Assembly (NCBI GenBank): GCA_964235785.1
Contig: CAXSBF010000002.1
Span: 201,061 to 265,060, forward strand
DNA length: 64,000 nt
DNA from: an uncultured Pyrinomonadaceae bacterium
Lineage (GTDB): Bacteria; Acidobacteriota; Blastocatellia; Pyrinomonadales; Pyrinomonadaceae
Reading direction: 5' to 3'
The notes below the pieces were generated by a model. That model was not told the DNA's origin, made no database searches, and was given only the letters and a program-made list of their open reading frames with translations. The position numbers and the translations under genes were made by a program. Below are positions 25,512 through 34,758 of the stretch, one piece after another (within the stretch, counting starts at the first letter, position 1; every line of letters starts with the position of its first letter).

Positions 25512-25680
25512 AATTTTTTAAACAATATTGTAAAATAATACACAAACTTTATTAGAATGCGCTGCTCAACACTTAAGCAAATAGAATGCCAGGAAAAAAT
25601 TATAGAAGGTCAATTGAGCAATCGGCTTTTTTAAAAAACCGCAGTGTATAATAATCGGTGAAAAAGTTACGAAAAAATCA

Positions 25681-27693
25681 ATGATGAAAACAGAAGAAAC
25701 ATTAATAGAGCTATTTGGCGAGCTTCCTTACGGAACACTGGTCAAGGGAATAAAGGATTTTGCCATTTTTCATATCAGCATCGAAGGTCTTATTCTCAGT
25801 TGGAATCAAGGCGCCGAGAAAATTTTCGGTTATAGCAAAGATGCAATTATCGGGCAGAGTGCTTCCATTATTTTTACGCCCGAAGACCGTGAGAACAATG
25901 CGCCCGAACTAGAGTTAAAAAAGGCGGAGGAAACAGGTCAGGCGGAGGATAAACGCTGGCATTTGCGCCAGGACGGCTCACTTTTTTATGCAAACGGCAT
26001 TGTCACGGCGCTACGCAATGAGAGTGGAAGACTGCTCGGTTACGCGAAAATCGCTCGTGACGATACCGAGCGAATACAAACGGAAGAAGCGCTTCTGGAG
26101 AGCAAGGAACGCTACCGGATTGTCGCTGAGACGGCGTCCGATGCAATCATCAGCATTGACGAAAAAAGCACCATTCTTTTTATTAATCCGGCGGGAGAGA
26201 GAATCTTTGGTTATCAACCCGACGAAATAATTGGACGCTCGCTCAATGTGCTGATGCCCGAATATCTTCGTCAGGTTCATAATGCCGGAATTAAACGATA
26301 CGTCGAAACCGGCAAACGTCATATATCATGGGGACATGTAGAAGTTCCGGCTCTTCATCGGGACGGTCATGAATTTCCGCTTGAAATCTCATTCGGAAAT
26401 TTCAGCAAAAACAACGAGCATATTTTTATCGGCATCGCGCGGGACATTTCAGAGCGCAAGCAGGCAGAATCCGAGCGGGAGCTGCTCTTGCAGCGTGAAC
26501 AGGAAGCGCGACTTCAATCCGAAGAAGCCAATCGTATCAAAGACGATTTTCTCGCTACGCTCTCGCACGAATTGCGGACACCGCTCAATGCAATTCTCGG
26601 TTGGGCGCAAATGCTGCAGACACATAACCTCAACGAAAGCGATGCGGAAAAAGCCCTGGCGACCATCGAACGCAACGCGAGGTCGCAGTCACAGCTAATC
26701 GAAGACCTTCTGGATGTTTCGCGCATTATTACGGGAAAATTGAGGCTGGACGTTCGAGCCGTCGATTTGACAGGCGTTGTTATGGCGGCGGTCGATGCGG
26801 TCAGACCGGCGGCGGAAGCAAAAAACATTCGGCTGCAAACGCTTCTCGACCCGCAAGCCGGACCAATATCAGGCGACCCCGACCGTATGCAGCAGGTTGT
26901 CTGGAATTTGCTTTCAAACGCTGTTAAATTCACGCCGAAAGGCGGGCGTGTGCAAGTGCGGCTTGAGAGAATCAATTCGCACGTCGAGATTGTCATCAGC
27001 GATACCGGCAAAGGAATCGAACCGGAATTTTTGCCCAATGTTTTTGACCGTTTCCGACAATCCGACGGTTCGATGACACGCAGACACGGAGGCTTGGGAT
27101 TGGGGCTGGCAATTGTCCGCCAGCTCGTCGAACTACACGGCGGAATTGTTTCGGTTGAAAGCGCGGGCGATGGGCAAGGTTCGACATTTACGGTTAATCT
27201 TCCGCTTCTGCCTGTGCGGACGGAATCGAGAAGAAACGAAGACCGCGTGCATCCGGCAGCCAGAAGCGGAGCATTGGTAGATTGTCCGCCTGAACTTGCC
27301 GGTTTGGGCATTTTGCTGGTCGAAGACGAAGCAGACTCGCGCGAGCTGTTAAATCTCGTGCTTGTTTCGTGCGGCGCAGCGGTCACAACTGCCGGTTCGG
27401 CGGCTGAGGCATTTCAGTTAATTCAGGACGGAAAATTCGATGTCATAATCAGCGACATCGGAATGCCTGAGGAAGACGGCTTTTCGTTAATCAGCAGACT
27501 TAGAGAACTGCCCGCAGAACAGGGCGGCAATATACCGGCAGTGGCATTAACGGCTTATGCGAGAGCCGAAGACCGGATACAAGCCTTGCGCTCCGGTTTC
27601 CAGATGCATATCGCAAAACCGGTCGAACCTTCGGAACTGGTCGCGGTTGTGGCAAATCTTGCGGGACGAACGGGAATGCCAAAGCTGAAATGA
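25681..27693 (+). CDS. Soluble hybrid sensor histidine kinase (PAS-PAS-HisKA-HATPase_c-REC)
   Basis: Two PAS-like modules (WNQGAEKIFGY, INPAGERIFGY), H-box SHELRTPLNAILGW, N/G boxes (NLLSNAVKFTP, DTGKGI, GGLGLGLAI), C-terminal receiver (ILLVEDEAD...DVIISDIGMP...KP); no TM segment. Confidence 0.92.
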   Translation: MMKTEETLIELFGELPYGTLVKGIKDFAIFHISIEGLILSWNQGAEKIFGYSKDAIIGQSASIIFTPEDRENNAPELELKKAEETGQAEDKRWHLRQDGSLFYANGIVTALRNESGRLLGYAKIARDDTERIQTEEALLESKERYRIVAETASDAIISIDEKSTILFINPAGERIFGYQPDEIIGRSLNVLMPEYLRQVHNAGIKRYVETGKRHISWGHVEVPALHRDGHEFPLEISFGNFSKNNEHIFIGIARDISERKQAESERELLLQREQEARLQSEEANRIKDDFLATLSHELRTPLNAILGWAQMLQTHNLNESDAEKALATIERNARSQSQLIEDLLDVSRIITGKLRLDVRAVDLTGVVMAAVDAVRPAAEAKNIRLQTLLDPQAGPISGDPDRMQQVVWNLLSNAVKFTPKGGRVQVRLERINSHVEIVISDTGKGIEPEFLPNVFDRFRQSDGSMTRRHGGLGLGLAIVRQLVELHGGIVSVESAGDGQGSTFTVNLPLLPVRTESRRNEDRVHPAARSGALVDCPPELAGLGILLVEDEADSRELLNLVLVSCGAAVTTAGSAAEAFQLIQDGKFDVIISDIGMPEEDGFSLISRLRELPAEQGGNIPAVALTAYARAEDRIQALRSGFQMHIAKPVEPSELVAVVANLAGRTGMPKLK

Positions 27694-27750
27694 GAGCATC
27701 TTTGATTCGACATTCTCCGGCAATGCGCGAAATAATAAAACCTTCTTTAA

Positions 27751-28125
27751 TTACTCGGATATTGGTAAAAGGTAGTCGCTTAACATCGCTTCGAGCGAAT
27801 CCGTGTCGAGCGGTTTGCTGATTAAATCGTTACAGCCCGCGTCAATCGCCTGCTCATAAAAAGCCTTGCCGAATGCGGAAATAGCAATGATTGGAATTTT
27901 CCCCGTCGCATCGCATTCTCTAATTGCTTTTGTAGTAATTAAACCGTTTACCATCGGCAGGGAAATGTCCATCAAAATAATGTCGGGCTGATGTTTTTTG
28001 AAACTTTCGAGCGCTTCGATGCCGTCTGACGCTTCGATAACCTGATAACCGTAGCTTTCAACTAAAAACTTTAGAAAACTTCGGGAATCTTCGTAATCTT
28101 CAACGATGAGGACTTTCTTTTTCAT
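27751..28125 (-). CDS. Stand-alone response regulator receiver protein (paralog 3)
   Basis: 124 aa, REC only, colinear with paralogs 1 and 2. Confidence 0.9.
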   Translation of the reverse strand: MKKKVLIVEDYEDSRSFLKFLVESYGYQVIEASDGIEALESFKKHQPDIILMDISLPMVNGLITTKAIRECDATGKIPIIAISAFGKAFYEQAIDAGCNDLISKPLDTDSLEAMLSDYLLPISE

Positions 28126-28275
28126 ATTTGCAAACCAAAATCAATATTCTGAAACAAACTCGCTTTATTCGTTTCTTCCAATGAATAATTTGTAAATTCC
28201 TCTGTATTTGAAATTAAAAGGAACGGTTTCAATCAATCCCGCCCGCGTTTTTATTTGAAACAGATTCGGCATAAT

Positions 28276-29193
28276 TTACAATTGTAAAATTCTCGCGCGT
28301 TTGCGAGACTTCTGTGTCGGCTGTGGTGCCTGCGATGTATTGAAAATTTGCAGCTCGGCGGCGAAACCGCGCTCGGTAAGTTCAGTCTTGCCAAGCATAT
28401 GAGGGTTGCCGAGCGCGTCTGTTGTATCAACGTAGACATCATACGTTCCCGAAGCGTCGCGTTCGGTGAAGGTTACGTTTCCTTGATAAACTCCATCCTT
28501 TTCATCTCCTGAAATGCGCTTCATACTAACGTCGTAAACAATATCATCGTTAGGAATTAGAAACGCCACGCTAACAAAACGCACACCTGCTTGTGCATCC
28601 GCAGCGCGAACCGTAACAACGACGTTCTGTGAGCCATTTGTCGTATCAATGGCAGTAGGAGTAAAACTGAAATCAATTATCTCAGGCGGTTTTACATCTT
28701 CATTAACGCTTATCACCTGCAATTCAGTGGAAAAACCACGTTGGGTAATGTCAGAGCTATAAAAATTCTTGTAGTTTATGCTGTCGAATGCATTAATCTG
28801 AAAAACATACCACTTTCCAGCCTTACTGTTTTGAGGAAAAATTACGCCGCCTTGATAAATTCCGTCCCGACCATCGCCCGAAATGCGGTTTTGACTACTC
28901 AAAGCAGCAAAAACAAATTGGTTTCCCGTCAAACTTCGAAAGCGAACAATTACGCGGGTAACATCGCTAACGACATCTGTTGCGCGAACGGTTACGGTTA
29001 CAGTTTGAGAACTGTCAGTCGTATCAATGGTAGAAGGATTAAAGCTGAGATCGCTTATATCAAGCGGGGTTGAATTAGTTCCTTGCGCGCTTGTGTAACC
29101 AAATAAAGACAGAACTAAAATTAAAGCCAATGTTAATTTTCCAAAGAAACAGCGAATGGCTAATGAGTCAAATAGTAAAGAGTGTTTTTTCAT
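28276..29193 (-). CDS. Secreted protein with two tandem homologous ~115-aa domains (hypothetical)
   Basis: The ATG at 29193 gives a signal-like N-terminus (LTLALILVLSLFGYTSAQ). Internal duplication: FNPSTIDTTDSSQTVTVTVRATD...ISGDGRDGIYQG...RGFSTELQV versus FTPTAIDTTNGSQNVVVTVRAAD...ISGDEKDGVYQG...RGFAAELQI. Confidence 0.6.
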   Translation of the reverse strand: MKKHSLLFDSLAIRCFFGKLTLALILVLSLFGYTSAQGTNSTPLDISDLSFNPSTIDTTDSSQTVTVTVRATDVVSDVTRVIVRFRSLTGNQFVFAALSSQNRISGDGRDGIYQGGVIFPQNSKAGKWYVFQINAFDSINYKNFYSSDITQRGFSTELQVISVNEDVKPPEIIDFSFTPTAIDTTNGSQNVVVTVRAADAQAGVRFVSVAFLIPNDDIVYDVSMKRISGDEKDGVYQGNVTFTERDASGTYDVYVDTTDALGNPHMLGKTELTERGFAAELQIFNTSQAPQPTQKSRKRARILQL

Positions 29194-29371
29194 AATAGAA
29201 GTAAAATCAGTGAAATAAAATAGAACACAATATTTTATAAATAATATGTTCACGAGTTGGAATGGCAATTATAATGCCAAAACAAAATTAAACACATTTT
29301 TAACTGTTTTGTAATAAAATTGAATTAGATGTGTGGAATGGATAAATAAAGTCTTCCGGCGCGTGAAAAAC

Positions 29372-29402
29372 AAAAAAGGACATCGTTTATATGTCCTTTT
29401 TT
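29372..29402 (-). terminator. Bidirectional hairpin terminator downstream of tRNA-Lys
   Basis: AAAAAAGGACAT / ATGTCCTTTTTT with a 7-nt loop. Confidence 0.75.
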
Positions 29403-29413
29403 GATTAAAAATT

Positions 29414-29489
29414 TGGTGGGTCGTGCAGGTTTTGAACCTGCGACCCGCGGATTAAGAGTCCGCTGCTCTACCAACTGAGCTAACGACCC
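29414..29489 (-). tRNA. tRNA-Lys (anticodon CTT)
   Basis: 76 nt on the minus strand: acceptor GGGTCGT/ACGACCC, D-arm GCTC-AGTTGGTA-GAGC, anticodon arm GCGGA-CTCTTAA-TCCGC, T-arm GCAGG-TTCAAAA-CCTGC, encoded CCA. Confidence 0.92.
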
Positions 29490-29622
29490 AAATCAATGAA
29501 TCGGATTATAACAGCAACTTTTCAAAGTGTCCAAAATGTGCCGAAATTACAATGTAAGATTTTAGAAATTTCTTGCTTAATTCAGTGGAATAATTTAATA
29601 ATTTCCATAGGGAGTCAAATTT

Positions 29623-30603
29623 ATGAACAATCGAACACTCAGATTTAACAGCAGCCGATTGATGTTAATGTTTTCTTCAGTCTTGTTCGTCTTCCTTACC
29701 GCACTCAGCATATCGGCAGCAAATCGAAATCAGGTCGCGGACTTTGACGGCGATGGTAAAACCGATATTTCCGTTTATCGCAGGTCAGACGGCTACTGGT
29801 ATATCTCGAAAAGCAGCGGCGGCTATTTGTTTATTCCTTGGCGAGCGGCTTATTATAATAGGCTGGCACCGGGTGATTATGACGGCGACGGCAAAACTGA
29901 TTTTGCTGTCGAGGCGCAAGGTTCTTCATACTTCAATGTTTGGTATATCCTCAAAAGTTCAGATTACACACTTTTAGAACGAAATTTCGGGGGACATGAA
30001 TATGTGTACTCCTCTGAACCGACAGTAGGTGCCGATTACGACGGTGATGGCAAAACCGATATGGTAAATATTGCCACCCGAAGGTCAGGCGGAATAGATA
30101 CATATTTCGAGCTTGAGATTGGGCTAAGTTCCGGAGTTTTGTATAGTGGACACATCCGATTAACCGATAGAGACAAGGTAGTTTCAGCCGATTACGACGG
30201 CGACGGCAAAGCCGATGTCGCAACATTCAGAGACGGTGTTTGGACTATTCAGAAAACAACGGACCCGAACGGCGCAAGCATAACCGTCGCTTTCGGATAC
30301 TCCAGCGATAAACCTCTTCCATCTGACTATGACGGCGACGGCAAAGCCGACATTGCCGTTTGGCGACCGTCAGACGGTTACTGGTACTGGCTGTCGAGCC
30401 GCGATGGGTCTTTCAACTCATACAAATTCGGACTATCTGACGATAAACCCGTGCCTGGCGATTACGATGGCGATGGTAAAACCGATTTTGCCGTCTTTCG
30501 ACCATCAAGCGGCATTTGGTATATACAACAGTCGAGAGACGGTTTTCGGGCAGAGCAGTTCGGTTTGAGCGACGACGAATTGATACCGAGTTATTTTTAT
30601 TAA
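29623..30603 (+). CDS. Secreted stand-alone FG-GAP/VCBS-like six-repeat protein
   Basis: Signal peptide (LMLMFSSVLFVFLTALSISAA) followed by six D(F/Y)DGDGK(T/A)D repeats. Confidence 0.8.
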   Translation: MNNRTLRFNSSRLMLMFSSVLFVFLTALSISAANRNQVADFDGDGKTDISVYRRSDGYWYISKSSGGYLFIPWRAAYYNRLAPGDYDGDGKTDFAVEAQGSSYFNVWYILKSSDYTLLERNFGGHEYVYSSEPTVGADYDGDGKTDMVNIATRRSGGIDTYFELEIGLSSGVLYSGHIRLTDRDKVVSADYDGDGKADVATFRDGVWTIQKTTDPNGASITVAFGYSSDKPLPSDYDGDGKADIAVWRPSDGYWYWLSSRDGSFNSYKFGLSDDKPVPGDYDGDGKTDFAVFRPSSGIWYIQQSRDGFRAEQFGLSDDELIPSYFY

Positions 30604-30655
30604 CTCAAAAAGAAAAAGAGCAAAAAGCCGTGAGTGTTTTAGAAGATAAGCGATT

Positions 30656-30769
30656 ATGAACAATCAAAACATCAGATTTTATAGCAGCCGATTGTTATTA
30701 TGTTTTTTATTATCTCTTTCGGTTTTCTCGCCGCTAGTAGTGTGTCGGCAACAACTAAGGCTTTGCTGA
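30656..30769 (+). pseudogene. Remnant of a paralogous FG-GAP gene (signal-peptide region only, 37 codons)
   Basis: MNNQNIRFYSSRLLLCFLLSLSVF... parallels the upstream gene start MNNRTLRFNSSRLMLMFSSVLFVF..., with visible DNA identity (ATGAACAATC.AAC..CAGATTT.A.AGCAGCCGATTG). It stops after 37 codons. Confidence 0.5.
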
Positions 30770-30793
30770 AAATTCAGTAAAGCCTTTTTCTTT
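30759..30793 (+). terminator. Rho-independent terminator
   Basis: GGCTTTGCTGAA / TTCAGTAAAGCC 12-bp stem (one G-T pair), 2-nt loop, followed by TTTTTCTTT. Confidence 0.75.
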
Positions 30794-30907
30794 GCAAATA
30801 CATAATTCATCTTTACATTGCTTTTTTTCAGAAAATCCTCATAAAAAAGGACATTACATTTATTCTTAATTTGGCAAACACAAAACTTACAAGCAAAATA
30901 AAAATGA

Positions 30908-32530
30908 ATGAAGGAATGTCCCAAATGTGAATCGTGCTATTCGGATGATGTAAATTTTTGTCCGCTTGACCAAACTCAAACCCGTTTCAGTTTGCCCGGC
31001 AATCAGCTTATTGCAAATCGTTATTTTTTGGAAAAGCGGCTCGGACGCGGCGCGATGGGACAGGTTTATCTGGCGAACGACAGAAATTTGGGAACCAGGC
31101 GAGTTGCGGTTAAAACCGTTCGACAGGATGTTTTGAACAGCGACGATTTGCAGGAAGGCGAAGCGATTGCCAGATTTGAACGCGAAGCGCGGGCGGCGGC
31201 TTCGATTCATCATCCGCACGTCGTCGACGTAACCGATTTTGGCGAATCGGCGGACGGCGTGTTTTTTCTCGTGATGGAGTATGTCGAAGGCGAAACGCTG
31301 CACAGGCTTCTGCGACGCGAGGGAACGTTGCCGATAAAACGCGCCGTTAAAATTCTGCGCCAGATTGCCGGCGGTGTGGAAGCCGCGCACGAAGCCGGAG
31401 TTCTGCACCGTGATTTAAAACCGGCAAACATTTTTTTAATGAAAGGCAAAACGGGCGACGACGGATTTGTCAAAGTCGGCGATTTCGGGCTGGCGAAAAT
31501 CGTCAACCAAACCGTTACCGACGCCGGCTCAAAAGATATGCCGTCGTCGCGCGGAATTATCGGCACGCCCGAATTTATGTCGCCCGAACAGATGCAGCCG
31601 GAACTCGGCGTTGACGTGCGAGCCGACATTTACGCGCTCGGAACGATTGCTTACGTTATGCTCGGCGGAAAAACGCCTTTTTCAGGCGATTTGATGCAGC
31701 TCGTAACGCAAAAAATTATGCAAGCCGCGCCGCCGCTTTCAACCTTGCGCTCGGATATTCCGAAAGCGGTTGAAAGCGCAATTATGGGCGCGCTTGAAAC
31801 AAAGCCTGAAAATCGTCCCGCGACGGTTTCCGAATGGATTTCAGAGCTTGAAGAGGCGGCTGAAAATATCTCCGATAAGCCAAACGTCGGAACTTCGAGA
31901 CTCGTCGTGCTTGCGCCAATCAGCGCGGAAGTTTATGTCGACGACGAGCGAAAGGGAATTGTCGGCAGTTCGGGAAGATTGGTTTTATCGACCGTCCCGG
32001 CTGGAAAACACGTTTTAAGAGTTTCAAAAGCCGGCGAAAAAGACGACGAGCGCGTCATAGAAATCCGCGAAGACACCAACGACCAGGTTATTCAGGCGCA
32101 ATTAAAACCATTTGTTGACTCAAACAAACAGCCGACATCGGCAAGCGCCGGGCGCGGTTCATTGGCACAATCGAGTTTAATGCCCGCAATTGTCGCCTGC
32201 GCAAATTGCAGCGCGCGGTTTGCCGAAGGCGTAAAATTTTGCGGACGCTGCGGAAATCGTTCTTTTTATGAAATAAATGAAGTTGAAAATAAGCGGGAAA
32301 CTGTTTGTCCCCGATGCGCGGCGACTGTTTCGGCGCACGCAAAATTTTGCGGAAAGTGCGGACAGAAAATTTTGCCAGCCGCAAACTTGCCGCCCAGCCG
32401 TTTTCCCGATAATACTTCAAATTCTGCGTCAAATCCTTCAAATAAATTCGGTAAAAAATGCGCGCGCTGCGGCGGGGAAATTCCGGTAAATGCAAAATTT
32501 TGCGGCTGGTGCGGCAATCGTTTTGTTTGA
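30908..32530 (+). CDS. Ser/Thr protein kinase with N-terminal zinc ribbon, PEGA-like domain and three C-terminal zinc ribbons
   Basis: CPKCESC...FCPLD; kinase motifs GRGAMGQV, VAVK, HRDLKPANI, DFGLAK, GTPEFMSPE; PEGA-like AEVYVDDERKG...PAGKHVLRVSKAG; CxxC...CxxCG repeated three times. Confidence 0.9.
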   Translation: MKECPKCESCYSDDVNFCPLDQTQTRFSLPGNQLIANRYFLEKRLGRGAMGQVYLANDRNLGTRRVAVKTVRQDVLNSDDLQEGEAIARFEREARAAASIHHPHVVDVTDFGESADGVFFLVMEYVEGETLHRLLRREGTLPIKRAVKILRQIAGGVEAAHEAGVLHRDLKPANIFLMKGKTGDDGFVKVGDFGLAKIVNQTVTDAGSKDMPSSRGIIGTPEFMSPEQMQPELGVDVRADIYALGTIAYVMLGGKTPFSGDLMQLVTQKIMQAAPPLSTLRSDIPKAVESAIMGALETKPENRPATVSEWISELEEAAENISDKPNVGTSRLVVLAPISAEVYVDDERKGIVGSSGRLVLSTVPAGKHVLRVSKAGEKDDERVIEIREDTNDQVIQAQLKPFVDSNKQPTSASAGRGSLAQSSLMPAIVACANCSARFAEGVKFCGRCGNRSFYEINEVENKRETVCPRCAATVSAHAKFCGKCGQKILPAANLPPSRFPDNTSNSASNPSNKFGKKCARCGGEIPVNAKFCGWCGNRFV

Positions 32531-32746
32531 GTTTATAAAAAATTGGTAATCGACATTGAAAAAGAAAATTCAGTTAATAGAAAACCGATTTTTAGCAACG
32601 ATTCAATTAAAAATAATAATTTTTTCCACTTCAACGATAAAAACGTTTATAATTGTGCTTCCCACCACAAAAGAATTATGAACTACGAGTTGCGAATAAA
32701 AGAATTTGTCATTCATTCGTAATCTTGAATTCATAATTGAACAACG

Positions 32747-34054
32747 ATGCGAGTTAAATTGCGCGTGATTGCGGGACCGCAGAGCGGGCGCGTTTTCACG
32801 TTTGAACAACACGAAACTTTTATGATCGGGCGCAGCCGGGACGCGCAGTTTTGCCTGCCCGAAGACCGTTATTTCTCGCGCCATCACTGTCTTTTGGAGA
32901 TTGCTCCGCCGCAGTGTTTTCTGCGCGATTTGAATTCGACCAACGGAACTTTCGTCAACGAAATCAAAGTCGATTCGGCACATCTATTAAACGGCGATTG
33001 TATTCAAGGCGGAGAGACCGTTCTGCAAGTCGAAGTTTTAGGCGATGTCGTTTCAGATTCGGACGTGCGGTTTCAAAATTCTACATTATCATCGACATCA
33101 ATTATCACAGCTCAATGTCTAAGCTGCGGGATGCTTGTACAAACCGAAGCGTCGCAGCCGGACTCGAAGGTTTCGTATGTTTGCGACAACTGCCGCGAAA
33201 AACTGAAAAGCAATCCGCAGCCGATTCCCGGTTTTGAGATGCTTCGGGTGTTGGGAACAGGCGGAATGGGCAGCGTGATGCTCGCCCGCCGCCTTTCGGA
33301 CGGTCACGCCGTTGCGATAAAAACTCTTTTGCCGGAAGTTGCCGTCAGCGAAAAATCTCTGAAACGTTTTATGCGCGAGATTGAAGTCGCGGCAAGCCTC
33401 CGACATCACCACATTGTCGGTTACATCGAACACGGAACGCACGAAGGAACCGTTTATCTGGTAACGGAATATGTCGGCGGAATGGACGCTTCAAAACTTT
33501 CAAAACAACGCGGCGGAAAATTAAATTACCGCGAAGTCGGTGTAATCATCGGACAAGTTCTTTCGGCTCTCGACTACGCGCATTCGCTCGGATTCGTTCA
33601 CCGCGATATAAAGGAACAAAACATTCTGGTCGACGGCGAATTTCCCGATTACAACTCTAAGTTGACGGATTTCGGTCTGGCAAAAAGTTTTAGAGGAACC
33701 GGAATGAGCGGCGTGACAATGGTCGGCGACGTTGCCGGAACGATTGCTTATATGCCGCCCGAACAAATCAGAGATTTTAAGGATTTGCGCCCGCCGTCGG
33801 ATATTTACTCGGCTGGAATGACTGCTTACAAATTAATGACCGGCAAAAACGCGCTCGATTTAGATTCAAATGCCGGAATCTCGGAAACTTTGAAGGCGAT
33901 TCTTGAAAAACCGTTTGTGCCGCTTTCGCACAGATTGCCCGACATTCCTTCGCGTGTCGCCGCCGTGATTGAAAAATCGATTGCCAAAGAAGTTGAAAAC
34001 CGCTGGCGGACGGCAGGTGAAATGCGCGAAGCATTGTTAAAGGCTGACGGGTGA
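32747..34054 (+). CDS. FHA domain - zinc ribbon - Ser/Thr protein kinase
   Basis: FHA (FMIGRSRDAQFCL..DRYFSRHHCLL....LRDLNSTNGTFVN); CLSCG...CDNC; kinase motifs GTGGMGSV, VAIK, HRDIKEQNIL, DFGLAK, YMPPEQ. Confidence 0.9.
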   Translation: MRVKLRVIAGPQSGRVFTFEQHETFMIGRSRDAQFCLPEDRYFSRHHCLLEIAPPQCFLRDLNSTNGTFVNEIKVDSAHLLNGDCIQGGETVLQVEVLGDVVSDSDVRFQNSTLSSTSIITAQCLSCGMLVQTEASQPDSKVSYVCDNCREKLKSNPQPIPGFEMLRVLGTGGMGSVMLARRLSDGHAVAIKTLLPEVAVSEKSLKRFMREIEVAASLRHHHIVGYIEHGTHEGTVYLVTEYVGGMDASKLSKQRGGKLNYREVGVIIGQVLSALDYAHSLGFVHRDIKEQNILVDGEFPDYNSKLTDFGLAKSFRGTGMSGVTMVGDVAGTIAYMPPEQIRDFKDLRPPSDIYSAGMTAYKLMTGKNALDLDSNAGISETLKAILEKPFVPLSHRLPDIPSRVAAVIEKSIAKEVENRWRTAGEMREALLKADG

Positions 34055-34068
34055 CGAGCCGAATTTGA

Positions 34069-34758
34069 TTATTTTGGCTCGCCGACAAAAAGTATTTTCC
34101 CGAATTTCCGCCGAAGCCGCTTTTCAATAAAGTATTTTTCCAGCAAAAAAAGTATCTCGTCCGGCGCGTTGAGCCACCGGTAATAAGTTTCCTTTTCGTA
34201 ATGAGTCATTGTTGCGAAGGCGTCAAATTTTCTCGAAATCAACCGGATAACGTCGCGCTCGCTTAAAAAATGAATGAGTCGCAGAAACGGTGTCAGCCAA
34301 GGCTCGACCAGCACGAAAAGACCGTTCGGGCGCAATACGCGGCAAATTTCGGAAAGCGTCTGTTCGACATCAGCCGGAAATTTCGGTAAATGATGCAGAC
34401 CGCCCTGCAAAATAATCGTATCGCGGCTTTTGTCCGCAAACGGTAAAGTTCGACAATCGGATTGATACAATTTAGCTTTGCCATGATAGTCGGCTAACAG
34501 ATTGAGTGAAATATCTACTCCTTCTAAGTTCGTAAAGCCGAGCCTCTCCAAAGCGCGAATATCATTGCACCGCCCGCAAAAAAGCTCGACAATCTGCGAA
34601 TCTTTCCGCCAATCTTGTTGTCCGGCATCATTGAGACGCTTGATAAATTTCCGAATTTCTTCTTCCTGCGTTTCAAAGCGTTGATAGACATCTTCCCAGG
34701 CAGTTTGTATTTCTTCTTCGGAAAGCGTCGCAGCATCACGCAGCTCGGTTATTTTCAT
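34069..34758 (-). CDS. Class I SAM-dependent methyltransferase (putative)
   Basis: Motif-I-like VELFCGRCN, DISLNLL, and post-motif LRPNGLFVLVE. It overlaps the upstream GT2 stop by 4 nt. Confidence 0.6.
   Translation of the reverse strand: MKITELRDAATLSEEEIQTAWEDVYQRFETQEEEIRKFIKRLNDAGQQDWRKDSQIVELFCGRCNDIRALERLGFTNLEGVDISLNLLADYHGKAKLYQSDCRTLPFADKSRDTIILQGGLHHLPKFPADVEQTLSEICRVLRPNGLFVLVEPWLTPFLRLIHFLSERDVIRLISRKFDAFATMTHYEKETYYRWLNAPDEILFLLEKYFIEKRLRRKFGKILFVGEPK

Noticed and set aside
29269-30907. tRNA-Lys-adjacent genomic island or integrated element
   Set aside because: There is no integrase, no direct repeat of the tRNA 3' end, and no mobile-element genes. The neighbouring genes belong to families found elsewhere in the window.
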